Assembly (NCBI GenBank): GCA_030706785.1
Contig: JAUZNW010000003.1
Coordinates: forward strand, 1 to 55,169
Length of the DNA stretch: 55,169 bases
Direction: 5' to 3'
Source of the DNA: Bacteroidota bacterium
GTDB taxonomy: Bacteria; Bacteroidota; Bacteroidia; Bacteroidales; VadinHA17
Shown: positions 1-10,400 of the stretch, in pieces
Layout: every line of letters starts with the position of its first letter
How positions within the stretch are numbered: the first letter of the stretch is position 1
Made by a program: the position numbers and the translations under genes
Notes under the pieces: model-generated
Seen by the model: only the letters and a program-made list of their open reading frames with translations
What the model was told of the DNA's origin: nothing
Databases searched by the model: none

Positions 1-38
1 AAATGGAATTATTATTTGGCCGGCTATTCAGAAATGAG

Positions 39-46
39 TATTTTTG
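39..46 (+). promoter_or_regulatory. Bacteroidota -7 promoter element for SRP RNA
   Basis: TATTTTTG matches TAnnTTTG, 4 nt before the RNA; TTTG (-33-like) at 15-18. Confidence 0.75.
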
Positions 47-50
47 CATC

Positions 51-147
51 GGGTAAGTCTTATACGACCAGCTCCTGCTGAACTCCCCCAGGACCGGAAG
101 GTAGCAAGGGCAGGTGGTTGTAGCGGTGCGATATAAGTAGCTTACCC
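51..147 (+). ncRNA. ffs: Signal recognition particle RNA (small bacterial SRP, 4.5S)
   Basis: Terminal pairing GGGTAAG/CTTACCC, conserved helix-8 core CAGGACCGGAAGGTAGCA with GGAA tetraloop, trailing T-tract. Confidence 0.9.
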
Positions 148-193
148 TTTTTGTTAATGCCTGTCTGTTAATCTCTTGGCAGGATTCATGAGA

Positions 194-339
194 AAAGCAG
201 TACTTGCCCCCCCTCCCAGGGGGGTAGTGGGCATCAGGAACAGGCAGGATGAATGACATAGTATTAACAGAAAACCTGCAAAATGCAATACTTTACCCCC
301 CTTCAGGGGGGCAGGGGGGTAGCCGGAACAGGCAGATTG
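194..339. repeat. Two diverged copies of a ~58-bp unit with a CCCCC-n-GGGGG palindrome (REP-like)
   Basis: 194-251 and 281-339 share TACTT..CCCCCC..CAGGGGGG..GGAACAGGCAG. Confidence 0.6.
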
Positions 340-416
340 CTGTATAGTGTACAGGCACAGAAATTACGTATATAATTACGTAATTAATTTCATTGCTTCT
401 AATTACTTGATCAACT

Positions 417-1031
417 ATGCTTCTCAAAATTTATCCTGAAAATCCCAATCCAAAGCACATCAGGAAAGTTGTAGATGTCTTGGAAGCTGAAGGGATAATA
501 ATTTATCCTACTGATACAGTTTATGCCATGGGTTGTGACGTGAGGGCAAACAAGTCGATTGAAAAGATAGCCAGGTTCAAGGAAATGAATCCTCTGAATC
601 CTGATATGTCGATAATATTCCACGATATGAGCCAGCTTTCGGAATATACAGTCATAAGGGACAACTCACTGTTTAAGCTGCTCAAAAGAAATCTTCCAGG
701 TCCATTCACTTTTATTGTCAAAGCAAATAACCAGATCCCGAAACTCTTCAAAAACAAAAAGAAAACAGTAGGTATCAGGATCCCCGATAACAACATCATC
801 CTCGATATCGTCAGAGAGCTTGGCAGACCAATAATCACCACCTCCATTCATGATCCGGACTCACTCGTTGAATATACAACCGATCCGGAACTTATCCACG
901 AGAAGTATCGCGATTTTGTTGACATCGTGATCGACGGCGGCTTTGGGAAAAACGAAGCGTCAACTGTTGTTGACTGCACCACAGATGAAATAAAAATAAT
1001 CCGCCAGGGATTGGGTGTGCTTGAATATTAA
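417..1031 (+). CDS. yciO: Sua5/YciO/YrdC family protein, YciO-like
   Basis: YPTDTVY, LPGPFTFI, TVGIRIP, STVVD motifs; has TTSIH instead of the SxN motif of TsaC. Confidence 0.8.
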   Translation: MLLKIYPENPNPKHIRKVVDVLEAEGIIIYPTDTVYAMGCDVRANKSIEKIARFKEMNPLNPDMSIIFHDMSQLSEYTVIRDNSLFKLLKRNLPGPFTFIVKANNQIPKLFKNKKKTVGIRIPDNNIILDIVRELGRPIITTSIHDPDSLVEYTTDPELIHEKYRDFVDIVIDGGFGKNEASTVVDCTTDEIKIIRQGLGVLEY

Positions 1032-1058
1032 CTGCCTGTTAAATTATGGTGAAACAAA

Positions 1059-2507
1059 TTATTTGCTGTAGAAGTTTCTGGCAAACAATATTATTACTGT
1101 AAGCAGTTCAAGCCTACCGATGATCATGAAGGCTCCGAGAACCCATTTTCCTGCTGCAGGCATTTCGGCGAAATTTGTAAATGGCCCGAAACTTCCGAGA
1201 GCCGGACCAATATTCCCGAGCATTGAAGCGGTTGTGGTGAAGGAGGTCATAATATCATAGTCCATCAATGACAGAATAAGGGTGCCTGCACAGATAAAAA
1301 CAAAATAAAAAGTCGCGAATATCAGAAGGTTGTAAACGATTCCCGGAGGTACTGTTTTCCCATCGACACGAACCGGGAGAAATGCACTCGGATGTATCAT
1401 TCTCCTCACCTCATTTCTGTTATTTTTTGTAATAATGAGCAGCCTTATAATCTTAACTCCACCGCTCGATGAACCAGCCATCCCTCCCGTAAACATAATG
1501 ATGATCATTATTGTAATAAGAAGATTTCCCCATGCACTGAAGTCAGTGGTGTAAAATCCTGTGGTGGTCATGATTGAAATAACATGGAAGAATCCATTAA
1601 TTATTGAGTTGAAAGGCGAAGCTTCACGTTCTGCGAAAAGCAGAATACTGACCAGAAGGGAGAAACCGAGCCCGATCGCTATGTAAACCATGAGCTCATT
1701 ATTATGTGTAATCTTCCTGAACTTGTTTTTAAGTGCAAAGTAGAAAACCACGAGATTCGTTCCGGCAAAGAACATAAAGATGGTTATTACAGCTTTAAGA
1801 TAAGGTGAGGAAAATGCCGCTATATTATTGTTTCTTGTAGAAAACCCCCCTGTTGATAATGTTGATAATGAATGACATACAGCATCAAAAAAAGGCATCT
1901 TACCGAATAGCAGGAGAATGACTTCACCAAATGTCAGGGTTATATAGATTAAAATCAGTCTTTTTGAGGTTTCAAAGAACTTCGGGTGGATCTTGTCAGT
2001 CAGTTGTCCTGAGAATTCAGTCGTCGACAGTTGTATGTTCAGGCTTTTCATGACCGGCAGGACGTAGAATGACAGTGTGATTACAGCCAGTCCTCCAAGC
2101 CATTGTGTGAGACTCCTCCAGAAAAGTATACCATGCGGCAGGGACTCGACATTCCTAAAAATGGTTGCTCCGGTTGTCGTGAAGCCTGAGACCGATTCAA
2201 AAAAGGCATCAGTGAAACTGGCTGCAGTTCCGCTGAAAAGATAAGGAAGTGTTCCAAATAAGCTGGACAGGAGCCATATTCCGGTATTGATAATATATCC
2301 TTCCCTGGAACCATAAACCCTTTCTTCGTTCCGGAGAGGGGTAAACACAAGTACACCGGTGACTATTGTGACGAGGGCTGAGTACAGAAACGGATAAGCG
2401 ACCTTCTCCCCGTATATAAGGGAAACGACTGCTGAGACAAGCATGAATATACCCTCAAAGATCAGGAGCTGACTGAAAGCCCTTGCAATAATCCTGAAAT
2501 TGAACAT
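1059..2507 (-). CDS. trkH: Trk potassium uptake membrane protein
   Basis: Pore motifs FESVSGFTTTG, LSTGGF, MTTTGF, LGNIGP; GRLE near the C-terminus; adjacent to trkA. Confidence 0.93.
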   Translation of the reverse strand: MFNFRIIARAFSQLLIFEGIFMLVSAVVSLIYGEKVAYPFLYSALVTIVTGVLVFTPLRNEERVYGSREGYIINTGIWLLSSLFGTLPYLFSGTAASFTDAFFESVSGFTTTGATIFRNVESLPHGILFWRSLTQWLGGLAVITLSFYVLPVMKSLNIQLSTTEFSGQLTDKIHPKFFETSKRLILIYITLTFGEVILLLFGKMPFFDAVCHSLSTLSTGGFSTRNNNIAAFSSPYLKAVITIFMFFAGTNLVVFYFALKNKFRKITHNNELMVYIAIGLGFSLLVSILLFAEREASPFNSIINGFFHVISIMTTTGFYTTDFSAWGNLLITIMIIIMFTGGMAGSSSGGVKIIRLLIITKNNRNEVRRMIHPSAFLPVRVDGKTVPPGIVYNLLIFATFYFVFICAGTLILSLMDYDIMTSFTTTASMLGNIGPALGSFGPFTNFAEMPAAGKWVLGAFMIIGRLELLTVIILFARNFYSK

Positions 2508-2513
2508 ACCTTA

Positions 2514-3854
2514 TCAGGTGAAATATTTCGACAGCTTTTCGTAGGCGGATGGAAGTGTAAAAACGACAACCTTGTCATTTGCATTGATTATTGTATCCCC
2601 GGTAGCGATGAAAGGAACGCCGTCACGTGTACCTCCGCCAACGATAGCATCTTTCGGGAAATCGAGGCTTCTAAGCGTGCCTCTAGTTATTTTTGAATTT
2701 GCGGGTACATTGAATTCTATAACTTCAGCATCAGTCCCGGTCATATACTTCACCTGTGTTACATTGGGATTGGTCGTATGACGGAATATCCTGCTGGCCG
2801 CTGAAATCTTCTTGTTAATGATGGTATCGATGCCGGTATTCTCAGCCAGACTTATATATTCCATATTTTCCACCTCGGCAATTGTCCTTTTTACCCCAAG
2901 CTTTTTAGCCAGGAGACATGAAAGTATATTTGTTTCTGAATTTCCCGTCACTGCAACGAAAGCATCCATCCTGGCAATGCCCTCCTGTTCAAGTAGCTCG
3001 ACATTTCTGCAGTCGCCGTTTATGACCATTGTGCTTTCCAGTATTTCTGACAGTGCCTCACATCTTGCAGGATCGGAGTCGATCAGCTTTACTTCACAGT
3101 TTTTCTGCATATAAAGTGCGACATGCTTTCCAATCCTGCTTCCTCCAAGGATCATTATACTCTTGGCTTCAAAATTCTCTTTCCCCGATGTGGCCATCAT
3201 TTCGTCAATCCCTTCATTTGTTGAAATGACAAATACAAGGTCTCCATGCTGGAAGCGTTCACTACCCCTCGGAATAATGGTTTTATCGTTTCGTTTGATT
3301 GCCACTGCCCTATACTTGTCGGTGCTGCTTGTAATGGCAATTTCTTCGAGGCTTTTATTAATTATCGGTGCGTTTTCATCAAGTCTCTGGACAAACATTG
3401 CAAGTTTTCCTCCACAAAATTCCATGAATTCGGTGGTTCCTGTCTCGTGCAGAAGGCTCAGCACCTCGCGTGCCGCGATCAGCTCCGGGTAGATAAGCGA
3501 ATCGATTCCGAGCGATTTGAAGAATTCCAGGGTTGAATGTTCAAGGTAGTCCAGATTGTCGATTCGGGCTATGGTTTTTATCGCTCCAAGCCTTTTGGCG
3601 AGGATTGCTGCTGTTATATTCGTGTCCTCTCCATGCGTTACAGCGATGAAAAGGTCTGTTTTTTTCTGAAGAACATCCTGGAGGACACTTATTGAAGTGG
3701 CAGAACCAATCCGGGTAAGAACATCAAGCGAAGTATCAATGGGCTTTAGCCTGTTCTCCTCTGTATCGATCAGAATGATATCGTGATTTTCGTTTGAAAG
3801 CAACTTGGCCAGATGTGTACCGACTTCACCGGCACCGGCAATTACGATTCTCAT
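2514..3854 (-). CDS. trkA: Trk potassium transporter NAD-binding subunit
   Basis: Two RCK Rossmann motifs (GAGEVG, GGSRIG); start moved to ATG 3854 (MRIVIAGAG). Confidence 0.93.
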   Translation of the reverse strand: MRIVIAGAGEVGTHLAKLLSNENHDIILIDTEENRLKPIDTSLDVLTRIGSATSISVLQDVLQKKTDLFIAVTHGEDTNITAAILAKRLGAIKTIARIDNLDYLEHSTLEFFKSLGIDSLIYPELIAAREVLSLLHETGTTEFMEFCGGKLAMFVQRLDENAPIINKSLEEIAITSSTDKYRAVAIKRNDKTIIPRGSERFQHGDLVFVISTNEGIDEMMATSGKENFEAKSIMILGGSRIGKHVALYMQKNCEVKLIDSDPARCEALSEILESTMVINGDCRNVELLEQEGIARMDAFVAVTGNSETNILSCLLAKKLGVKRTIAEVENMEYISLAENTGIDTIINKKISAASRIFRHTTNPNVTQVKYMTGTDAEVIEFNVPANSKITRGTLRSLDFPKDAIVGGGTRDGVPFIATGDTIINANDKVVVFTLPSAYEKLSKYFT

Positions 3855-3913
3855 AACAACCACATAAAAACATGACAAAGTAATGCATTAATTGTCAAAT
3901 TATAAAATTCAAA

Positions 3914-5923
3914 TCACAGCTTCATCCTGAACGCGCCTGATTTCTTAATGTAATGCAACGTATCGGCATTCCTTGCCTGAGACTTCATTACCAGATAAAA
4001 ATCGGAACTGACCTCCGGTGTAAGTATTACCCTGGCTCCTCTGAAATCAAGATTATTTGAATCTTGTGGTTTTAAAGCCGTACCTGTCAGAATAACATAA
4101 TCCGGCCTTGATGTCTGTAGCAATTCGTCATTCAGGGAACCTGAAATAAGAATCCTTTTGCTTTTGACCTCAATCAGGACAGGAGAACCATTTGTCCTGT
4201 ATGTCTTTATTTGCAGCCCCGCGGAAGCAGAGTGTCTTAGTACCTCGGGCGGCAAAGAATCCCTTCCGCAATACATATTCAGCAGTTTTCCAGTCCTTAA
4301 ACAGGTAACTTCACTTCCTGAACCATTGTAAACGATTAGCTCTGATGACGTTCTTGTCCTGAATTCCCTGATGCTCCCGGCCAGTATGAATAGGAGGAGG
4401 GACAAAAGGGGAATCAAGACCGGAAATGAGCGTTTGTTGAACAAAAACACAAGGAAGAAGAACAAAGCGGCAAATAGAAGTGAAGGTTCCAGACTGCCCA
4501 TGCCAATATTCTCAATAGATGAGAGAGGCAGAGATGATGCCTTGATCGTCAGCGTTTCGGTTATTCCGGTAAGGAAATTCAAAAGCACTGCAAGAGAATG
4601 TGAAACAAATCCCACCGGATAGGTTAACGGGATCATGCAGCCAATGATTATCATGAGTGATGAAAGCGGGACAATGATCAGGTTTGTCAGAATGAACCAG
4701 GTCGGGAACCTGTTGAATGCAGAAATTGTGAGTGGAAGTGTCCCGGCCTGGGCTAGCAGTGTCACTGCAACAGATTGCCAGGCTTTATCAGCCAGCCAGT
4801 TTTTGAATCCGGCTATCGTATAAAGATTGCGGTAAAAACAGATAATGAAGATCACTGCCGAATAGGAGAGAAGAAACCCTATGTCAAACAGGACTGAAGG
4901 GTGGATGACTATAAGCATGAATGCAGAAGCGAGCACAGAATTAATACTGTTTACATTCCTTTTTATCAGGTTCCCGGTCTGGAGAAATGAGAACATCAGT
5001 GTCGCTCTAAGGACCGAAGGGGTCAGACCTGTTACAAAGGCAAAAAACCAGAGGAATAGAATTGTCAGGATCACTCTCAGAATATTTAATCTTCGCTTCA
5101 GGAAGAAGAGTACATTGAAGAAAAACATGCTCAGGATTACGGCATGGAGCCCTGAAACTGCCATAATATGCATCACACCCGCCCTTATAAAGCTCTGCTT
5201 CTGTTCCTGGTCAAGCATACTCCTTTGTCCGAGCGTTATTGCAGCCACAAGGGCGAGCCGCCTGCCGGTGATGCCGCGTTTTTCATACATCCGTATGATT
5301 TTCTCCCTGATTATCAGGGCACTGTGTCTTAGCTTCCTGTGAACCGGATGAGAATAATTTTCCAGATTTTCACTACTTATGAACCCCGAATACCTGATCC
5401 CCTGGTTAGCCATGTAAAACCTGTAGTCAAATTCATCAGGATTTCCACGGTTTGTTAAAGGAACAGGAGTAAATCTTATCCTGAGGTAATCACCGGGTAA
5501 AAGACCGGAAATGAATGGCTCCTTCCGTGAATTAAAAATCAAAGATCCCCCGAGCGGTTTATTGCCGGCCTCACCAATAAAGACTTTCAGCTTCCCTGTA
5601 AGTCTGTAGCTATTTGTTTTCTCTTCAGGATAGTCGGAAAGTTCGACAATGTAAGTTCCGGATCTGTTTGCAAGATCCGACAACCTGTTCATTTGGTTTG
5701 TATAAAGTTCTGATCCGCATACAAAAAGGGCTCCCGAAAGGACATAGCCATAAACCAGGTTTGAATTGAACTTATTAAAATGAAGGCTGTATAAAAATCC
5801 GGGAACCAGAATAATCAATGAAATTACAGCAAACAAAATACCCGGTTCAAGGTAACGGCCGGATATAATGCCTGCACAGAGCGGAACAGTTAACCGCAGA
5901 AAAGGGATCTCTTTATTCAGCAC
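3914..5923 (-). CDS. comEC: ComEC/Rec2 competence membrane protein
   Basis: NPDEFDY, HIMAVSGLH, PSVLRA, GFLLSY motifs; no intact metallo-beta-lactamase motif seen. Confidence 0.9.
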   Translation of the reverse strand: MLNKEIPFLRLTVPLCAGIISGRYLEPGILFAVISLIILVPGFLYSLHFNKFNSNLVYGYVLSGALFVCGSELYTNQMNRLSDLANRSGTYIVELSDYPEEKTNSYRLTGKLKVFIGEAGNKPLGGSLIFNSRKEPFISGLLPGDYLRIRFTPVPLTNRGNPDEFDYRFYMANQGIRYSGFISSENLENYSHPVHRKLRHSALIIREKIIRMYEKRGITGRRLALVAAITLGQRSMLDQEQKQSFIRAGVMHIMAVSGLHAVILSMFFFNVLFFLKRRLNILRVILTILFLWFFAFVTGLTPSVLRATLMFSFLQTGNLIKRNVNSINSVLASAFMLIVIHPSVLFDIGFLLSYSAVIFIICFYRNLYTIAGFKNWLADKAWQSVAVTLLAQAGTLPLTISAFNRFPTWFILTNLIIVPLSSLMIIIGCMIPLTYPVGFVSHSLAVLLNFLTGITETLTIKASSLPLSSIENIGMGSLEPSLLFAALFFFLVFLFNKRSFPVLIPLLSLLLFILAGSIREFRTRTSSELIVYNGSGSEVTCLRTGKLLNMYCGRDSLPPEVLRHSASAGLQIKTYRTNGSPVLIEVKSKRILISGSLNDELLQTSRPDYVILTGTALKPQDSNNLDFRGARVILTPEVSSDFYLVMKSQARNADTLHYIKKSGAFRMKL

Positions 5924-6030
5924 AGCCTGCAGCGATTACAAGACAGTGGAATAAAGGTAGGAATAAATTAAAACATTTGGAAATAAATAAAGTGTTACTG
6001 GTTAGCAGGAATTTGATGAATCAGACAACA

Positions 6031-6050
6031 TGCGACCTGCACCTGCAACC
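6031..6050. repeat. Short degenerate heptamer array (TGCRACC)
   Basis: tgcgacc tgcacc tgcaacc just 3' of def. Confidence 0.4.
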
Positions 6051-6065
6051 TCCTGCATTTAACCA

Positions 6066-6632
6066 TCACTTCACTTTCTGATTGGGAAGTATGGTCTTAT
6101 AGTCCACCTCGAACCTTCCCTTGCTGATGGCAGTCAGCTTGCTTTTAAGAAGCCTTCTTCTTAGCGGGCTTACTTTATCGGTGAAGAGTATCCCGTCGAG
6201 ATGGTCATATTCATGCTGGATGATCCTTGCTTTATAGCCCGTGTAAACTTCATCGTGGAACTCCCAGTTTTCGTCATAATAGGTAATTCGGACATAAGCT
6301 TCACGGTTGACCTCTTCCCTCAGGTTGGGAATGCTCAGGCAGCCTTCCGTCATTAACGCAAGATCACCGTATTTTTCAACAATACGTGCATTTATGAATA
6401 CTTTCTTAAAATCGGCAAGGTCTGGTTCATCGTCGCCAACCGGTTTGCCGTCAATAACAAATATCCTGATTGATTTTCCTACCTGTGGCGCAGCCAGTCC
6501 CAACCCTTCAGATTTGTAAAGAGTTTCAAAAAGATCGTTTATAAACTGCTGTAGATCAGGATAATCACGGTCAATACTCTCAGCAACTTTCCTCAGGATT
6601 GGGTGGCCATAAATTATAATGGGATAAACCAT
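6066..6632 (-). CDS. def: Peptide deformylase
   Basis: GLGLAAPQ, EGCLS and QHEYDHLDG motifs. Confidence 0.97.
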   Translation of the reverse strand: MVYPIIIYGHPILRKVAESIDRDYPDLQQFINDLFETLYKSEGLGLAAPQVGKSIRIFVIDGKPVGDDEPDLADFKKVFINARIVEKYGDLALMTEGCLSIPNLREEVNREAYVRITYYDENWEFHDEVYTGYKARIIQHEYDHLDGILFTDKVSPLRRRLLKSKLTAISKGRFEVDYKTILPNQKVK

Positions 6633-6636
6633 ATTA

Positions 6637-7065
6637 CTAAGCCTTGTTTATGTTAGCTCTGCCGTCAAGAAATGATTGCAGGATTATTGATGCACTTATT
6701 TTATCGATCAAGAATTTGTCCTGCCTGTTCCTCTTCCTGACTCCGCCCTCAAGGATGGTTCTCTGGGCAATTCCCGATGTAAACCTTTCATCGATGAGAT
6801 GTACCGGTTTCCCGGGAAATAACTTCTTTATCCTCCTGATGAACGGATTAAGATATTTAACAGATTCGCTCGGTTTGTTGTTCAATTTGAGGGGATAGCC
6901 AATCACGAACGCTTCAACATCTTCATCCTTAAGATATTCAGTCAGGAAATAAACAAATTCGTTATTTCTGACGGTTGTAAGGGGGGAAGCAATAATCTGC
7001 ATCGGATCGGTGACAGCTATACCGATCCTTTTGGTGCCAAAATCGATGCCAAGTATTCTTCCCAT
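6637..7065 (-). CDS. ruvX: RuvX/YqgF family nuclease
   Basis: ILGIDFGTKRIGIA, DERFTS, DKISA motifs; ATG start at 7065; -7 element TATTTTTG on minus strand at 7082-7089. Confidence 0.93.
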   Translation of the reverse strand: MGRILGIDFGTKRIGIAVTDPMQIIASPLTTVRNNEFVYFLTEYLKDEDVEAFVIGYPLKLNNKPSESVKYLNPFIRRIKKLFPGKPVHLIDERFTSGIAQRTILEGGVRKRNRQDKFLIDKISASIILQSFLDGRANINKA

Positions 7066-7105
7066 AATCACAATCCGGGCGCAAAAATAATAATAAAAAT
7101 TTAAA

Positions 7106-7136
7106 AGGTTACAGGCTCCAGGTTACAGGCGACAGG
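7106..7136. repeat. Heptamer tandem array (AGGYNAC-like, about 4.5 units)
   Basis: aggttac aggctcc aggttac aggcgac agg. Confidence 0.6.
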
Positions 7137-7222
7137 GAAGAATGCATTATGTATTAAAGGCGATGTAGGGAATGTATTATGTATTATTGATGATGTCTTT
7201 TGTGGGTAGAGTAGACATCAAT

Positions 7223-7398
7223 ACCGCAAAACCGCAAAACCGCGGAACTGCAGAACCGCAAAACCGCAAAACCGCAAAACCGCGGAACTGCAGAACCGCA
7301 AAACTGCAGAACCGCAGAACTGCAGAACCGCAAAACTGCAGAACCGCAAAACCGCAGAACTGCAAAACCGCAAAACCACAAAACCCCAAGACTGCAAA
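7223..7398. repeat. Octamer tandem array, 22 units, consensus ACYGCARA
   Basis: Uninterrupted 8-bp register; 7223-7262 is identical to 7263-7302. Confidence 0.95.
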
Positions 7399-7400
7399 AC

Positions 7401-7426
7401 AAAAAAGCCACCCTTCCGGATGGCTC
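7401..7426 (-). terminator. Intrinsic terminator of PFOR gene
   Basis: Minus strand AGCCATCC-GGAA-GGGTGGCT followed by a T-tract. Confidence 0.85.
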
Positions 7427-7449
7427 TGAAGTATATTAAATACTGAAGT

Positions 7450-10400
7450 TTACTTTACCTCTGCCTGAGCCTGCTCATAAACCATTGCAGCAAGCCTCTG
7501 ATAAGATTTATACCTCCATTTTGCATTCTCCTCAGCTGCCTTGAACAATACTTCTGCTTCCTCAGGGAATGATTTTCTCAGTGAAGTATAACGCACTTCC
7601 GAATTGAGGAATTCCTGGAATTTGCTCCAGTCAGGTTCCTTGGAATCAAGAGTGAAAGGATTCTTGCCTTCCTTTTCAAGCTGGGGATTGTACCTGTAGA
7701 GATGCCAGTATCCTGCCTCAACTGCAAATTTCTCCTGTGCCTGGGTTTTACCCATTCCTTCCCTTAACCCATGGTTGATACATGGAGCATAAGCAATTAT
7801 GAGTGACGGACCCGGATAGGCTTCTGCTTCCTTTATCGCTTTCAGGTACTGGGCATTGCTTGCCCCCATTGCTACCTGGGCAACATATACATACCCGTAG
7901 CTCAAAGCCATCTGTCCGAGATCCTTTTTGCGTATCTTTTTGCCCGAAGCAGCGAATTTAGCTACTGCTCCGGCAGGTGTCGATTTGGATGCCTGTCCTC
8001 CGGTGTTGGAATAAACTTCGGTATCAAGAACAAGGATATTGACATCTTCACCGGTGGCTATAACATGGTCAAGTCCTCCATAACCGATATCATAAGCCCA
8101 GCCGTCACCTCCGAATATCCAGTGAGACCTCTTGATAAGATATTTCTTCAGGTTAAGGATCTCTTTGGCAACCGGTGCGGCTTCCTTTTCGCACGCAGCG
8201 ATAACCTTTGCTGAAGCCGCTCTTGACGGTTCTGCAAGGTTCCTGTCTTTCAGCCATTCTTCAAATGCAGCCTTTGTCTCCGGTTTTATGCTGGTCTCAA
8301 GAGCTTCTTTCATAAAGCGGGCTATCCGGTCCCTGAGCTTCGTTGACCCAAGTTCAAGTCCCAGTCCGAACTCAGCATTATCCTCAAACAGTGAGTTTGC
8401 CCATGCCGGGCCGTGACCCTTACTGTTGTAAGTGTAAGGCGTGCAGGGAGCTGATCCTCCATAAATCGATGAACAACCTGTAGCATTTGAAACGATCATG
8501 CGGTCGCCAAAAAGCTGTGTGATTGCCTTGATATACGGTGTTTCACCGCAACCGGCACATGCTCCTGAGAATTCAAACAGGGGCTGCGAGAACTGACTGT
8601 TTTTGACATTTACAAATTTGTCAACCACGGTATCCTTGTATCCAACTTTTTCATGCATGTAGTTCCACCTTTCGGCTTCGTCGAGTTGTGTTTCGAGAGG
8701 CTTCATAATCAAAGCTTTGTTCTTGGAAGGACAAACATCAGCGCAGTTGCTGCAACCTGTGCAGTCAAGGACACTGACCTGTATCCTGAACCTGTATGCT
8801 TTCAGTGCACCCGGTATCCCCTGGATTGTCTCGGTCCCTGCCGGAGCTTTGGCAAGTTCCTCTTCGGTAAGAAGGAAAGGACGTATCACAGCGTGGGGAC
8901 ATACATATGCGCACTGGTTGCACTGGATGCATTCCTTTGGCTGCCATTCCGGGACATTGATTGCTATACCGCGTTTTTCATATGCTGCTGTTCCAGACGG
9001 GAAAGTACCATCTTCCCTTCCTCTGAAGGCACTAACAGGAAGATCGTCTCCCTTCATATGGTTCATCGGTTCCATAACTTCCCTGATGAATTCGGGGATA
9101 TCCCGGGTGTCTTTTACCTCCTTTACTTCGATCTTTGCCCATTCGGCAGGTATTGCGACCTTTTCCACCACGCTGCCCTTATCCACAGCTGCATAATTCA
9201 TTTTGACAACCTCATCGCCTTTCCTGCCATAGGTCTTGTAAATAGCTTTCTTCATTTCAGCCTCGGCTTTTTCGTACGGGATCACATTGGCAAGCTTAAA
9301 GAAAGAAGCCTGCATTATTGTGTTTGTACGTGTACCCAGACCAATCTCCTCGGCGATATTGGTTGCATTTATTATATAGAAATTGATATGATTCACTGCC
9401 ATATATTTCTTCATGTGGTCGGGAAGGCGTTTTTTGGTCTCCTCAGCATCCCATATTGAGTTCAGAAGGAATGTTCCGTTCTCCTTAAGTCCCTTGAGCA
9501 TATCATATTTATCAAGGTATGAAGGGACGTGGCATGCGACAAAGTCAGGTGTAATGACAAGGTAGGGTGACCTTATCGGCTTGTCGCCAAAACGAAGATG
9601 AGAGGAAGTGAGGCCACCCGATTTCTTTGAATCATATGCAAAGTATGCCTGGCAGTATTTGTCAGTTGTATCACCAATAATCTTGATCGAATTTTTGTTG
9701 GCTCCAACAGTACCGTCCGATCCAAGCCCATAGAATCTTGCCGAATATGTACCCGGAAGAGCAACATCTATTTCGGGAAGGACCGGAAGCGAAGTGAAAG
9801 TCACATCATCAATGATACCGACAGTAAAATGGCCTTTGGGTTCCTTAAGCTTCATGTTCTCGAATACCGAGAGCATCTGGCTTGGTGTTGTGTCTTTCGA
9901 ACTAAGCCCGTACCGTCCTCCTATAATCAGAGGTCTTTCATTCCTATCGTAGAAAATCTCCTTAACATCGAGGAACAGAGGTTCGCCGGGAGCACCGGGT
10001 TCCTTGGCCCTGTCCAGAACTGAGATCTTCCTGACTGATTTTGGAAATACATCAAAGAAATATTTCGCAGAGAAAGGACGGTAGAGGTGAACTGTCACAA
10101 GTCCCACTTTTTCTCCCTTTGCCATAAGGTAATCGATCACCTCCTTCGTGGTTTCTGTAACCGAACCCATTGCAATTATAATATTCTCGGCATCGGGCGC
10201 ACCGTAATATGTAAACGGCCTGTACTCCCTGCCAGTTAGTTTTGAAATCTCTGCCATATAGGAATTCACTATATCAGGCAGCGGCTCATAGAAAGGATTA
10301 ATTGCTTCTTTAGCCTGGAAAAAGATATCTGGATTCTGTGCTGTGCCTCTTGTAACCGGCTCTTCAGGATTCATTGCACTTTGACGGAACCTTGCCAGGG

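Noticed and set aside
3914-5923. Dedicated competence island (comEC with comEA)
   Set aside because: The two genes are about 36 kb apart among housekeeping genes; both are widespread
7223-7398. Possible CRISPR array
   Set aside because: 8-bp contiguous units with no unique spacers and no cas genes
7172-7429. Three Cys/Arg-rich ORFs of 70-85 aa
   Set aside because: By-products of the stop-free octamer array; open on both strands, and one runs through the PFOR terminator
8653-9459. 268-aa antisense ORF and other long shadow ORFs inside PFOR, rho, xerC, rpoB and rpoC
   Set aside because: Opposite-strand or alternate-frame shadows of conserved genes, with no recognisable motifs
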